Positions 8,497-19,339 of a stretch of DNA of 64,000 bases are shown here, piece after piece; the first letter of the stretch is position 1; every line of letters starts with the position of its first letter. The notes beneath the pieces were generated by a model that saw only the letters and a list, made by a program, of their open reading frames with translations, did no database searches and was not told the DNA's origin. Source of the DNA: a virus; IMG/VR virus record IMGVR_UViG_3300042518_001860, positions 32,717 to 96,716 of that record. The stretch is one strand, 5' to 3'. The translations under genes were made by a program, and so were the position numbers.

Positions 8497-10884
8497 ATGG
8501 CAACGAAATTCGAGTACGCACCCGGAGTCCGCACGATTGAAGCGCCTCCGGTCGCCCTGCCCCCCAATGTCGGCCCGACTCTGGTCGGATTTCTGGGCTC
8601 GGCCCAGCGCGGCCCGGTCGACGCCTCCCGGCTCATCACGAGTTGGCAGGAGTTCGTGTCGATCTATGGGGGGTTCAACCCCGACGTCGTGGACCTCGGC
8701 GTGTACGTTCGGGACTTCTTCGACTGTGGTGGCGCCTCTGCTCGCATCCTGCGAGTGGCTCCGGCCGATGCTGTCGCAGCCTCGGATACCAGTCACGTCC
8801 TGACGCGCGGTGGCGCGACAGCCTTCGAGGTCTACGCGCAGTCTCCGGGCGTCTGGGGTAACGACTTGGCGGTCGCCTTTGCACTTCGAGACGTCACCGC
8901 CACTGACGTGCAGACGCTCCTCGACGACGGTGGCAACGAACTCCCGAACGCGACCGACAACGACGACTCGTTCAATACGGCGCGCATCCCGGTCGACAAC
9001 ATCACCAAGTTCACCCCTGGTGATGTTGTCGATGTCTTCACGGACGCAGGTGCCCACGATACTCGTGACCCGATGGTCGTCTACGCTGTGGATGCAGCCA
9101 GCAAGTCGATCATTGGGAACCTGCCTGCCGGGCGAAGTGTGACAGCCAACTACACGCTGCGCTCCTGCTCTCAGCACCGGGTCAAGACCTACGCGAAGGC
9201 GGACCTTGCGGACGCCGCGACCTCCATCGAGCTCGACTCCATCGAGGGCATCAGCCGGGGTAGCATCCTGACGTTCATCTGCTACAGCCACGTCGAGACT
9301 GCCCCCGACCTCAGTATCGCGAGCCACTGCAATGTGGTGGTCTCTCGAGTCAGCGGGAAAGTGGTCCACTTCACCGCGGCTGCGCTGGTGAACCATGATG
9401 CGACGCTGCCGGCCCAGACCCACGCGGCGCTGCGCTACTTCATCGACGATGACAACTACCTGACCTTCACCGCGGTCAACCCTGGCCCTGTGGGCAACCG
9501 GGTCAGCATCGTCATCGACGTGGATGCCGACAACACTCTCGACGTCTCGGTGAGTGGCAAGACGATCACCATCCTGGCGGACACTGACAGCACGCTCTCC
9601 GACATTGTCACTGCGATTGAGGCCAGCACCGCAGCCTCCGCCCTGGTGACGGTCGTTGACGAGGGCTCGGGAGCTGTCGTGGACAGCCTTGCTGAGACTC
9701 GCCTGACCGGCGGCGCCTCTCTCATGGTTGTTAGCCAGGAGTTCGGGATGGATGTGTACCTCGGCGACGTGGTCGCCGAGTCGCACTCCTACCTCTCCCT
9801 GACTCCGACCAATCCGGACTTCATTAAGACGCGCCTTGGTGGCGACCCTGCTGCCTACGCCCCCGTCTCTGGCAACCAGAGCCGTTACATCATCGTTGAC
9901 GGCGCGGCGGCTACGGTCGGTACGGCTGCCCAGGAGTTCGCCAAGCAGCCTCGAGCTCTCACGAGCATTGGACTCGCTGGCGGTAGCGATGGCTCTGTGG
10001 TCTCGGACGATGAGTGGATCGGTGAGGACTCGCCATTGAGCGGTGCAAAGCTCCTGGCCTCCCTCGATGACTTCAAGGTCCTTGTGGCCCCCGGCATCGA
10101 GAGCCCGGATGTGCAGATCGAACTGAACCGGCTGGCGGCGGTGAGCGGCAAATTCATCGCGCTGCTTGACCCCCCGTCGGACGTCGCCAGCGCCTCGGAC
10201 CTCGTGCAGCACCGTCAGAACGATCTCGGCATCAACAACCGCTTCTCGCAGGTTGCGAGCTCCTGGGCCTACATCACGGACAAGCGCAGTGGCGCGCTCC
10301 GCGGTTCGGAGCTCCTGGTCCCCCCGACTCCGGGTTGGGCGGCCCTGATTGCGGTTGCACAGCGCGAGGTCGGCCCGCACGGCAGCCCTGGCGGTCGTAG
10401 CCCGGCCACTTGGCTCCGTCTCGCCTACAACCCTGGCGCCGAAGACGCTGCGCTGCTTGGTCAGGAAGGCGTCGTCTGCTTCCGCGTTGTGGCCGGTAGA
10501 ATCCGCTGCTTCGATGATCTGACCCTCCTGACGGTGGATGACCCTCGGCAGTTCGGCAACGTGTCGCGGATGATCAATCAACTCATCCACGACCTGGAGC
10601 AGGATCTCTCGGACGTCATCTTCCAGCCCGGCAACGAAGATATCTTTGATGTCGTTGCCAGTCGCCTGAATCGACGCCTCGATGAATACCGCAAGATCGG
10701 GGCCTTCTCGACTCGTGACGCCAAGCAGGCCTATTTCGTCGCTTGCAGCCGCGCTACGACGACTCCCGAGGACATGGCTCGAGGCATCTTCTACGCCGAG
10801 GTGCAGATCAGCCCGGCGACTCTGGCCCGCAACATCATCCTGCGCCTGTCGGTCTCTGCCGGTGGCGTGCGTATCGCGAACTGA
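8497..10884 (+). CDS. Contractile tail sheath protein
   Basis: YAPGVRTIE; VGFLGSAQRGPVD..LITSWQEF..YG; FFDCGG; SPGVWGN; FIALLDPP; C-terminal FQPGNE..AYFVAC..GIFYAEVQISP. Confidence 0.95.
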   Translation: MATKFEYAPGVRTIEAPPVALPPNVGPTLVGFLGSAQRGPVDASRLITSWQEFVSIYGGFNPDVVDLGVYVRDFFDCGGASARILRVAPADAVAASDTSHVLTRGGATAFEVYAQSPGVWGNDLAVAFALRDVTATDVQTLLDDGGNELPNATDNDDSFNTARIPVDNITKFTPGDVVDVFTDAGAHDTRDPMVVYAVDAASKSIIGNLPAGRSVTANYTLRSCSQHRVKTYAKADLADAATSIELDSIEGISRGSILTFICYSHVETAPDLSIASHCNVVVSRVSGKVVHFTAAALVNHDATLPAQTHAALRYFIDDDNYLTFTAVNPGPVGNRVSIVIDVDADNTLDVSVSGKTITILADTDSTLSDIVTAIEASTAASALVTVVDEGSGAVVDSLAETRLTGGASLMVVSQEFGMDVYLGDVVAESHSYLSLTPTNPDFIKTRLGGDPAAYAPVSGNQSRYIIVDGAAATVGTAAQEFAKQPRALTSIGLAGGSDGSVVSDDEWIGEDSPLSGAKLLASLDDFKVLVAPGIESPDVQIELNRLAAVSGKFIALLDPPSDVASASDLVQHRQNDLGINNRFSQVASSWAYITDKRSGALRGSELLVPPTPGWAALIAVAQREVGPHGSPGGRSPATWLRLAYNPGAEDAALLGQEGVVCFRVVAGRIRCFDDLTLLTVDDPRQFGNVSRMINQLIHDLEQDLSDVIFQPGNEDIFDVVASRLNRRLDEYRKIGAFSTRDAKQAYFVACSRATTTPEDMARGIFYAEVQISPATLARNIILRLSVSAGGVRIAN

Positions 10885-10895
10885 GGAATCACCAC

Positions 10896-11429
10896 ATGGC
10901 AACCTACGCAAACGGAGTTCCCACGAATCCCACGGTGGGCGCTTGGTTCGAGGTCTACACGCCTGATGCCGACTGGATTCCGAAAGGGACCGTCGGTTTT
11001 GAGTCGGTGGACGGTCTCGTTCGCGAGACCGCAGTCATCGAACACAAGCAGGGCAACGACCTGTACTCTGACCAGATCGCTGGTCGCACGGCTCCGGCAT
11101 CGATCACCATCCGAAAGGCGCTGGACGAGAACAACTCGCTTGAGCGCTGGAAGGCTGCGGTCGAGGAGGCCTCGAGTCTCTCGCCGGCTTCGACTCGCGC
11201 TGACCTGATCGTCGAGATGTATGACCGTCGTGGTACCCCTGGTAGCGGCGGCGACCCCAACAAGAAGCTGCTGCGCGCTTGGCGTATTCAGCGTGGGTGG
11301 GTGAGCCGCTTGACCACCTCGGCCCTCACCGGGCTCGCGAACGAGGTCTCCACGGTCGAGGCTGTCCTGTCGGCCTATGGACCCCCCGTCCAGATCTGGC
11401 CGACACTCGATACCCAGACGATCACCTGA
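10896..11429 (+). CDS. Tail tube protein (T4 gp19/Afp1-5-like)
   Basis: Follows the sheath. GFESVDGL..E..VIEHKQG..IAGR..ITIRKA..W..R.D..VEMYD..W.IQRGW. Confidence 0.9.
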   Translation: MATYANGVPTNPTVGAWFEVYTPDADWIPKGTVGFESVDGLVRETAVIEHKQGNDLYSDQIAGRTAPASITIRKALDENNSLERWKAAVEEASSLSPASTRADLIVEMYDRRGTPGSGGDPNKKLLRAWRIQRGWVSRLTTSALTGLANEVSTVEAVLSAYGPPVQIWPTLDTQTIT

Positions 11430-11490
11430 TCCTTCCCACTCCACCGTCCACCAGACCTCCGCTTCGGCGTCGAACTGGTAGTGAGGTAAC

Positions 11491-12249
11491 ATGGAACTCT
11501 CTCTCCCCATCGGCATCTCGCACGACGGCATCCTGCTGAAAACCTTTTCCATCTCGCGCCCCACCGGGGCACTGCGTGGGGAAATCAAGGATGCCCCCAA
11601 CCACATCCCAGGTATGGACCTGGCGGCATTCAAACACGTCTTGCGGACCCTCGGCCCGCTTGACCGTCCCAACGAACAGATCCTGCGGCGAATGACTCTC
11701 CCGGACGTTCAGTACGTCCACGCCTGCTGCACCGCAGCGCGCTATGATGGGAAGATCCCCGTGCGGGTCAAGTGTGAAGCCTGTGGGCACGAGTACGAGG
11801 ACAGTGTCCAGGCAGACGGCATTGCCATTTTGGATGCTGATGCCGAGGTGAAGTTCGTCAACGACAAGGCTGTCCTCGAGGGCGAGGTGGAGTTCCCCAC
11901 GACAGGTCGGCGGGCGAAGATCCAATATTTCATCCCGACCATTGCGCTTGAGATCAAGCGCGAGGATGGGAAGAAGCGGGGCCTGAAGGACTCGGAAGTC
12001 CACTACCAGCGGGTGGCGGACACCATCGTCACGATTGATGGAGTGCCTGGCCCTACGGCCAAGCAGCTCCGCGAGATGGATCTCGATGACTTCGACGCGC
12101 TCGTGTCTTCGCTGGACAGTGTCCGTGTCCCGCGACTCGACGAAGAGGTGGTCACAGTTTGCCCGGCGTGTGAGATGGAGAATCTCACCACCGCTCTGTT
12201 CGAGTGGTGGATTCTCCCTTTCGATCCCCGCAAGCAGAAAAAGCCCTGA
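11491..12249 (+). CDS. Tail assembly chaperone / baseplate hub assembly protein (T4 gp26-like)
   Basis: Between tube and tape measure; two CxxC pairs (CEAC, CPAC). Confidence 0.7.
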   Translation: MELSLPIGISHDGILLKTFSISRPTGALRGEIKDAPNHIPGMDLAAFKHVLRTLGPLDRPNEQILRRMTLPDVQYVHACCTAARYDGKIPVRVKCEACGHEYEDSVQADGIAILDADAEVKFVNDKAVLEGEVEFPTTGRRAKIQYFIPTIALEIKREDGKKRGLKDSEVHYQRVADTIVTIDGVPGPTAKQLREMDLDDFDALVSSLDSVRVPRLDEEVVTVCPACEMENLTTALFEWWILPFDPRKQKKP

Positions 12250-12440
12250 TGATGGAGACGGTCGAGATATGCTTGGCAGGACAGAGCTTCTCGACCGGAC
12301 TTGGTGGTAGTGTTTCGATACCCTACCTCCCGTGGGGGCCCGACCAGATCCGGAACCTGACTGAAGATGACCGAACTGAAATCCTGAAAGCCCTTAGAGA
12401 GATCCGAGGGCAGATCATTTCACAGGCTACAAAGTCGTGA
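12204..12440 (+). CDS. Tail chaperone extension (-1 frameshift product, or separate gene from ATG12249)
   Basis: Lies in the -1 frame of the chaperone and is open across C CCT TTC (12216-12222). Contains a WGPDQIRNL..DR motif. Confidence 0.55.
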   Translation: MVDSPFRSPQAEKALMMETVEICLAGQSFSTGLGGSVSIPYLPWGPDQIRNLTEDDRTEILKALREIRGQIISQATKS

Positions 12441-15400
12441 TCACTCGGTGGTTCAATCTTGGGGTTCGGTGGGTCGGTGGCGGCATGGCTGCCGGCATGC
12501 GCCAGACTGGTCTTCAGTTTCGGCAGATGGTCGATGGTCAGATTGGTGACCTGCGCCGCCTCGAACAGGAGGAGGCGGCAGCGGACGCCAAGCGCCGGAA
12601 CATCCAAGCCAACACCAAGCGGCAGCTCGAGCTCATCAAGAATGAGGAGAAGGTGCAGCACGCGCTCATCAAAGAGCGCGTCAAGGCCATTGCAGAACTC
12701 GAGAAGGCGCAGAAAACCCTCATTTCTTCCGCAGTCTCCCCCTCTGACGACTTCCGGAAGAACCGTCAGGCGCTTCGTGACGTCGCTCAGGAGGCTGCGA
12801 ACCTCCGCGCAGAACGTCGTTCGATTGAGTCCCTGCTTCGCGCAGAAGCTCGCGACCCATCTGGCGTGGGTCGGCGTTCGGACATTGAGCGCTCTGCGGC
12901 CTCCATCAACAAGCAGAGAAAGAAGCCGTCTAACACTGTTATCAGGGAGTTGGACGATCTTCTCCTGAAGGAGCTGCGAGCGCAGCGTGCGGGGCGGTCG
13001 TCTGAGATTGTTTCTGAAATTGATACCGCCATTGCTAGTAGGGCTCGGTCTCTCTCACGGGAGGTGCTGAGGCGCTCTGCAGCCGGTGAGGTCAATGTTG
13101 TCAATCAGGTCATCTCCGACTTCTTCACCTCAGTCTTCCAGGGGAAGATTGCTGACCTCGATGACAAACTGAAGTCACAGGCCGCCGCGGGTACGGTTCT
13201 CCGAGGTGTGATGAAGCCTGAAGCTGAGCAGTTGAAGGCTTCAGAGGCTGAGATTCGGAGGGGACAAGAGGCAATCGAAGCTGCTCGTTTGGCCAAGCAG
13301 GCGACCGCCGAAGGCTTCAAAGAGCTCGAGGCCCGTAAAGACGTCGCACGCCGCGCTAACGAGATCGCCACTGAGCAGCATGAAGCCGCTAAGCAGCGAA
13401 CGCGAATGGAGCGGGAAGCCGTCGAGGCGCGGAGGGATGAGGCCAATTCGATCAAGCAGACCGCCACGCTCATCAAGCAGCATCTGTGGGGCTCTCTGTT
13501 CGACCTGCAGACGAAGCTGCTTTACCTTGCGGGGACTGTACGCTCCCTCGGTTTGATGATCGAGTCGGCTGCCAAGTTCCACTATGAAGCAACCGGCCTA
13601 ACGACCATGCTGTCGAAGGGGCGTGGTGCTGGCGAGGACGTCTACGGTCGCTACGCTCGAATGGCAGGCAACCAGACTGAGGTGATGCCTTCAGACGCCG
13701 TGCGCCGCATGACCGAGCTCGCCGCTGCTGGTTACAGTGAGACTGAGATTCCGGCTGGCGTGGCGGCCATTCAGAACGTACTTCTCGCCGCTCGAGGTGA
13801 AGTCTCTCAAGAAGGCGCGGCGGATCTCGGTATCTCGCTCCACCGCGCCTTTGGCACGCAGGGACGCGACATGACGATGCTGTTGGACACTGTCATTGCA
13901 GCATCGAATGCCTTCCCGATGACCGTCGGCAAAGTCCGTGACGCAATGGGCTATGCAACCGAAGCTGCGGTTCAGCTCAACCAGGACGTCGAGGAAGCAC
14001 TTATCGCCATCGGCGCCTTGATGCCCATCACCAAGACTGCCTCAAAAGCAGGTACGGTTTATCGAGGTGGCGGTCTGTCAATGGTGAAGCCGAAGGGGCA
14101 GGAGATGTTGGCGCAGTTGGGTGTGATGCCCACTGATGCGCTCGGTAAAGTCCGGCCCTTGATGGACATCTTCATTGACCTGGACCGCGAACTCCAGAAA
14201 GTCCAAGCAGCGGACCTGGCGGGCTCTTGGCAGTCTCCTCTGCAGGCGCGCGAGGGAAAGCTGCGGGGTGAGCTCGAGGAGTCCCGTGCAGCTCGAGAGC
14301 AGCGGAGCATCCTCAACAAGTTGCAGAGTGCCGGGTTGGATACAACCCAGGTGCAGAACCTGCAGGCTCGCCTGCGGGAAGCCGAGATCAAGGGAGAGCT
14401 CCGGGCAATTCGAGATGCCAAGGCCGAACTCAAATCTGAGCTCAACCTGAAACGGCAGGAGCTCGAGTTCGTCCTCACTGGTCAACGAGGTGGGTCGTGG
14501 TTCGCTGCTGTGCAGAAGCTCCCGGAGCTTGCGGCTGCCGCACTGCGCGGTACGGCCTATGAGACTGGACCGGGCCAGACGCCTTACGTCTTCAGAAACT
14601 CGGCAGATGCCTTGGCTGCCCTGCGCCTCAGCATGGAGGACACCTCTGGTGAAGCGCGGCGGATGGCGGACGAGCTCCGCAAGACCAGCTTCATGTTGGG
14701 CACCTCGTTCGACGCTTCGGTCGAGAAGTTCAAAATCTCTCTCGGCACCTTCCTTCTCCCGATCCGCGACTCGTTCCTGAACGTCCTGTCGGGCGTAATG
14801 AACTGGTTCACGTCCTGGGTGAATTCGGATGCGTCTCCGAAGGAGGCCTACGGGCAGCTCGGCGGGCGACCGGCAGGGTCCAGCGTTGGTTGGAATTTTG
14901 CTGGTACCGCCATGATGTTGGGCGGAGTCACCATCGCCGGAATGGCTCTGAAGAACATCTTCGGGCTCGTCCGCAACATGGGCACTCTTTTCGACCCCAC
15001 GCGCATCGCAAAGGTCGCCAGTGCCCTCCAGGCCGGAGGTGACATCACAGAGGCTCTTCAGAATGCGCGCCCCCGCGGGAAGCTGCAGACCTTCCTCGGT
15101 AACGTCGGTGATGCCGCCTTGGGGGGGATCACTCGGAGGACCGGGGATGAGTTGACGAAACTTAAAGCTGGCATTGGGGAGATTGCCGGGAAGTTCTTTG
15201 GGTTCGTCCCCATTATTGGCTTGGCGGTTGGTGGCCTGATGGCTTTTCAGGAGGCCATTACCACAGCTCGCAAGGCCATCTCTGACTTCACGGCGGAAAC
15301 CGACGCAGCAGCAGCTCAGCGGAACGAGAAGGCTTTCCGCGGCGTGGAGCTCGCGCTGCGGTTGTTTTCCGAGGGGAAGCTCAGTTTCGGAGACAAAGGG

Positions 15401-16393
15401 CAGATCCTCTATCCCGAGTCCGAACGCCGAGCGGTGCTTGCGTCAGGCACTTACGGCCCCTCGGCCATGCGTGAGCTCCTTCTGGGCAAGAGCCCTGCGG
15501 CAGTTGTCGAGGGACTGCTGAACTATCGAATGGGTGAAATCCAGCGTCAGTATGCTGGGGCTCCCAGCGAAAAGCAGCGGGAAATCTTCACTGGCTTCGC
15601 TATGGAACGGCAGCGCTTGATGGGGGATACCCTTCTCCCCCTCATTGGCAATGCTATTGAGTACATGGCTTCTTCAAAGGGTGCAGGTGGTCGGCCTTCT
15701 GTTGATATTCGGCGGTTGCTAGCCACACACACAGCAAGCCGTTTGACTGGAGATGTTCTCCTCCCGAAGTATGGAGAAGAGCGTGGACCTGGACCTGTCT
15801 TCTCGCTCCTCGGGAATGCAATCAGGGGTTCGGGGAAGAATACATTCCGTGAGGCCTACAACTCTATGGGGCCTTTGGATAAATACAGTCTAGAGATGCA
15901 GTTGAAGAATGCCCTTAGTGAGGAGTATGACCTCAATAGGGGACAATTGCCGTCCATGAAGTCTCTCGGCCTCAAGGAATCTGTTTACCAGCAACTTCGC
16001 GGTTTCTCAAGCATCCCGACAGACTTTGCAGGTGGTGACTTCATCGCGACGCGACTAGCGCTATCCCTGGACGAACTTGGCGTCACTGGTAAGAACTGGG
16101 ATAAGTCTGGGTTCTTCACCCCCCCAGGTGGGAGCGCACCGGAATTCGCTCCTGGCACGCCACAGAATCTGCAGGCCATGATTCTTGCCACCAATCAAGC
16201 CAAGGAAGCTCTGGAAGCCCAAAAGAACCGTGATGCTGAGACCGCGGCAAAGCAGGTTGGAGCAGCGGACAAAAACATGAAGGCTGCTGGCACACTCAAT
16301 ACGGCGGCAGACAGCATCTCCAAGGCGTTCGACAACCTTCGGCTCTCCCTTGAGACGTTGACGCCCACTCAAGTCATGCCCGGAGCCCCGTAA
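12437..16393 (+). CDS. Tape measure protein
   Basis: 1318 aa, helical and Ala-rich; TP901-type core (MTELAAAGYSETEI..MGYA..ASKAGT..R); hydrophobic segments. Confidence 0.9.
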   Translation: MITRWFNLGVRWVGGGMAAGMRQTGLQFRQMVDGQIGDLRRLEQEEAAADAKRRNIQANTKRQLELIKNEEKVQHALIKERVKAIAELEKAQKTLISSAVSPSDDFRKNRQALRDVAQEAANLRAERRSIESLLRAEARDPSGVGRRSDIERSAASINKQRKKPSNTVIRELDDLLLKELRAQRAGRSSEIVSEIDTAIASRARSLSREVLRRSAAGEVNVVNQVISDFFTSVFQGKIADLDDKLKSQAAAGTVLRGVMKPEAEQLKASEAEIRRGQEAIEAARLAKQATAEGFKELEARKDVARRANEIATEQHEAAKQRTRMEREAVEARRDEANSIKQTATLIKQHLWGSLFDLQTKLLYLAGTVRSLGLMIESAAKFHYEATGLTTMLSKGRGAGEDVYGRYARMAGNQTEVMPSDAVRRMTELAAAGYSETEIPAGVAAIQNVLLAARGEVSQEGAADLGISLHRAFGTQGRDMTMLLDTVIAASNAFPMTVGKVRDAMGYATEAAVQLNQDVEEALIAIGALMPITKTASKAGTVYRGGGLSMVKPKGQEMLAQLGVMPTDALGKVRPLMDIFIDLDRELQKVQAADLAGSWQSPLQAREGKLRGELEESRAAREQRSILNKLQSAGLDTTQVQNLQARLREAEIKGELRAIRDAKAELKSELNLKRQELEFVLTGQRGGSWFAAVQKLPELAAAALRGTAYETGPGQTPYVFRNSADALAALRLSMEDTSGEARRMADELRKTSFMLGTSFDASVEKFKISLGTFLLPIRDSFLNVLSGVMNWFTSWVNSDASPKEAYGQLGGRPAGSSVGWNFAGTAMMLGGVTIAGMALKNIFGLVRNMGTLFDPTRIAKVASALQAGGDITEALQNARPRGKLQTFLGNVGDAALGGITRRTGDELTKLKAGIGEIAGKFFGFVPIIGLAVGGLMAFQEAITTARKAISDFTAETDAAAAQRNEKAFRGVELALRLFSEGKLSFGDKGQILYPESERRAVLASGTYGPSAMRELLLGKSPAAVVEGLLNYRMGEIQRQYAGAPSEKQREIFTGFAMERQRLMGDTLLPLIGNAIEYMASSKGAGGRPSVDIRRLLATHTASRLTGDVLLPKYGEERGPGPVFSLLGNAIRGSGKNTFREAYNSMGPLDKYSLEMQLKNALSEEYDLNRGQLPSMKSLGLKESVYQQLRGFSSIPTDFAGGDFIATRLALSLDELGVTGKNWDKSGFFTPPGGSAPEFAPGTPQNLQAMILATNQAKEALEAQKNRDAETAAKQVGAADKNMKAAGTLNTAADSISKAFDNLRLSLETLTPTQVMPGAP

Positions 16394-17367
16394 TGGCCAC
16401 CCCCGCATCAGGTCGCCCCGCCACCTACAAGACTGTGCAGGAAGCTGTCCGCTGGTCTGAGAGCGATGCTGCCAAGATCCGGAGTGACGCCATTCAGCGC
16501 AATCTGGATGCTCAGGCGGGGCGCCCTCCCTTCCCGGAGGCGCTGAACAAAGAGGTGCCTCTTCGCTACCGTGCGCCTGATAGCTTCAAAGGGGCCCTCT
16601 ACGCCCTCGATCCGGATGACCACACCCAGGGTGATGCTCTCCTCTTCTCCCGCTACCCTGAGACACTGGACGAGGAGATTGAATCCATCCTCGCCGCTGA
16701 TTCTCCCCCTGGTCGCGCCTACCCGGCATTCCAGCAGATGGGCGCAAAGGGGGTCCAACTCTCTACGGAGCTCTGGTTCTGCGACGCTTTCATGTGGCGC
16801 TGGAAGGGTCTGAACGGGCCCATGCAGCAGATGCTCGGACCTCTGGCAACCGATACGAGTCTTCGTAGCGCTGAGCCCTTGGGGACCTTGGCCGAACAGG
16901 CGCGCAGGTTCTTTGAGTTCTACATTGCCGGCCACGATGGGACCGGGGTGGCGCTCCCCCCCGCGGATCTCTACCTTCAGTGGGGTTCTCGCCCAGCACC
17001 CCTGCCAATCGTCATCAAGCGCGTAAGTCTCAAGTTGGAGAACTTCACAAATCCTGGCGGCCCTCTCGAGGATGTACGCGGTGGTGCTGGGGCCCCACAA
17101 ACCGTGACTGCGCGGCTCGAGATGGAGGTCAACATTCCACTACGAGCTATCAACCCGTTCCAACCTCGCAAACCGAAACCGCCCGGCGGTGGTATGAAGA
17201 AGGTGCGTTGTCCGACTGGAACGGGCTTTGGTCCAGATTTCCGCCCGGTCGTTCAGGCCATCATGGAGGCTTCTCCGCTCTCCAATGAAGTCTTTGACCT
17301 GAATCTTCAAGAGTCCGACGTACGTGGGTATTTTGGACTCGGGCCGAAAGGTTTTGCTGCCCCATGA
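16393..17367 (+). CDS. Putative tube initiator/baseplate (CIS tube-like) protein
   Basis: After the tape measure. YPETL..PPADLYLQWG..VIKRVSLKLENF..P..A.LEME resembles Afp7/gp54-type proteins. Confidence 0.6.
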   Translation: MATPASGRPATYKTVQEAVRWSESDAAKIRSDAIQRNLDAQAGRPPFPEALNKEVPLRYRAPDSFKGALYALDPDDHTQGDALLFSRYPETLDEEIESILAADSPPGRAYPAFQQMGAKGVQLSTELWFCDAFMWRWKGLNGPMQQMLGPLATDTSLRSAEPLGTLAEQARRFFEFYIAGHDGTGVALPPADLYLQWGSRPAPLPIVIKRVSLKLENFTNPGGPLEDVRGGAGAPQTVTARLEMEVNIPLRAINPFQPRKPKPPGGGMKKVRCPTGTGFGPDFRPVVQAIMEASPLSNEVFDLNLQESDVRGYFGLGPKGFAAP

Positions 17368-17630
17368 GGTACAAAGGCCTGAGCATCATCCAGCCGGGTG
17401 AATTCAACGAACGAGCTGAGTTAGAGCCGCGCGTCCTCGTGGACGGTGAGGTTATCGAGCGTCAGGGTCGAGCGATGGACTATACCGTGGTACAAGGTGA
17501 CAGGATTGACGTCTTGGCGTACGAATACCTTGGTGACTCTCGCCTGTGGTACATCATCGCCGACATGAACCCGACAGTGGACCCACTTCATTTGGTTGGC
17601 GGAACGATTCTGAGGCTTCCACGCTCATGA
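17364..17630 (+). CDS. LysM/tail-X baseplate protein
   Basis: YTVVQGDRIDVLAYEYLGDSRLWYIIADMN..GTILRLP. Confidence 0.9.
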   Translation: MRYKGLSIIQPGEFNERAELEPRVLVDGEVIERQGRAMDYTVVQGDRIDVLAYEYLGDSRLWYIIADMNPTVDPLHLVGGTILRLPRS

Positions 17631-19339
17631 TGGTCTCTTCGGACAAGATTCGCCCTCGGATTGCTGTTCTGTGGAACGGCATTCCACTCGAGCAGTTGGG
17701 TATTGCCCATTTGCTCAAGTCGGCAGACTTGACGATGACCAATGGTCGCACCAATCCAACTCCAAACATGCCGCTAGGCAAGCCAAAGCTGGGTGGCGCA
17801 AACATCACTTTCGTGCTGCCGGATGAGCGTTCCGCGAAACGCATCCTTCAGTTGCTCTACGCCAACCCGCGTCCGTTCCTCACAATGGGGTTTGGGTTCC
17901 AGGGAAGCACATCGTACTGGCTCGGTGGCGCCGCGATACAGCAAAAGCAGAACTCGAAGAAGCACGGCGCAGTACGCGGCTACAAGATCAACACCGTTTC
18001 TTGGCGGTACTCGAGCGAGATTCCGACCGTCATACTGAGCGGCGCTGCAGGGCGAATCCAGAACTTGTCCGAAGACAAGCGCGCTCGAATCTGGTCCGGG
18101 AAGACCCTCGCACAAATTGCCGAGGGGGTAGCTCTCGAGGGTGGTGTGACGGTTCGGATCAGTGGGCGCCTCCCAGTCAACAAACGCATCGAGCATGTGG
18201 TGCAAGCTGCTGGTGAATCTGGTGTAGATGTTCTGCAGAGACTCGCTGCAATGTCAGGCGGTGTGGTTGATGTCCAGACGATGCTTGCCTCGCAGATTCC
18301 TGGTGCGTCACGCGCCTACGATTATGTTTTTGAAGGACGCTCAGAGGATGAGTCCGATGACCATTGGGCGCTCGATCAGGAGCGCGTGCGTACGATCATC
18401 ACCCTGAAGACCATTGAAGAGGAGTTCGTTTCTGTAGAGGAGTACGAACAGGGCCGAATCCCGATCATTGCCTGGGCGCCTAACCTTAGTCCTGGCAAGT
18501 TTGCAGCATCAGGGGGCGCTACCAGTCGCAACGAAGAGCTTCAGACCCTCTACTACGGAGTGCCCGACTACGTCGCAGCGTCGATCTCAATTGACGAGGA
18601 GAACGTTCAGCGATCATACGCCCAGGGTGCTGGTGTGACAGCATCCGCCCAAAAGGCTGCGTCAAAGGCCAAACCAAAAGATCCGACGGCACAGGATCTT
18701 GCGGTCTACGTTGACCTCGAGACTGGGACTTTGATGCCGGCTGGCCCTCTCCTCGAGGCGTCCCGCTCCTCACAGGTCTCGAGCCCGTCTGCGGTTTCAG
18801 GAGAGGCCCCGGTGGTACAGGCGCAAGTCAAGCCAGCGCCCAGCAAACCTACGCAGACAGTACAATCGACGATGCCCGAAGCACTCGGGGGGAAGGACCT
18901 CACAGAGGCGCAACTAAGGGCTGCGGTGATTGCCTCTGGCATCAAGAGTAAGGTGACTGTTGAGCTCCATACGGGGGCACCTGAGCTACCCCCCGGCATG
19001 ATCGTCCAAGTGCTTGGGACCTTCACCCATGATGACCACTATGGTATCGAGGAATCCCGCATTGTCTACGACGCGGAGAATGGGTTGAGGACGTCGCTCA
19101 CTTGCCGGCGTCTTAGGCGTGATGGGAGCGGTACCTCCCCCTTGAAGGCGGCTGCTCAACGTGGCGTTAAGACGCCCAAGTCTCCCGAGAGTTTGAAGTC
19201 GGACATTGCGGTTGGCGTGAGTCTCGAGACTAACACCCTGATGTCAGAGGCCATCGTCCTCGAGGCGGCCCCTTCTGTACCTGCAGCATCTTCTACAGAA
19301 GCGCTGGATCGTGAGATTCAAAATGGTGGCGCACCATGA
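17627..19339 (+). CDS. Baseplate hub protein (gpD/gp27-like)
   Basis: RIWSGKTLAQIA, QAAGESGVDVLQRLA and GAPELPPGMIVQVLG..YGIEE. Confidence 0.75.
   Translation: MMVSSDKIRPRIAVLWNGIPLEQLGIAHLLKSADLTMTNGRTNPTPNMPLGKPKLGGANITFVLPDERSAKRILQLLYANPRPFLTMGFGFQGSTSYWLGGAAIQQKQNSKKHGAVRGYKINTVSWRYSSEIPTVILSGAAGRIQNLSEDKRARIWSGKTLAQIAEGVALEGGVTVRISGRLPVNKRIEHVVQAAGESGVDVLQRLAAMSGGVVDVQTMLASQIPGASRAYDYVFEGRSEDESDDHWALDQERVRTIITLKTIEEEFVSVEEYEQGRIPIIAWAPNLSPGKFAASGGATSRNEELQTLYYGVPDYVAASISIDEENVQRSYAQGAGVTASAQKAASKAKPKDPTAQDLAVYVDLETGTLMPAGPLLEASRSSQVSSPSAVSGEAPVVQAQVKPAPSKPTQTVQSTMPEALGGKDLTEAQLRAAVIASGIKSKVTVELHTGAPELPPGMIVQVLGTFTHDDHYGIEESRIVYDAENGLRTSLTCRRLRRDGSGTSPLKAAAQRGVKTPKSPESLKSDIAVGVSLETNTLMSEAIVLEAAPSVPAASSTEALDREIQNGGAP

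Noticed and set aside
8437-10911. 824-aa minus-strand ORF
   Set aside because: Antisense shadow of the clearly recognisable tail sheath gene.
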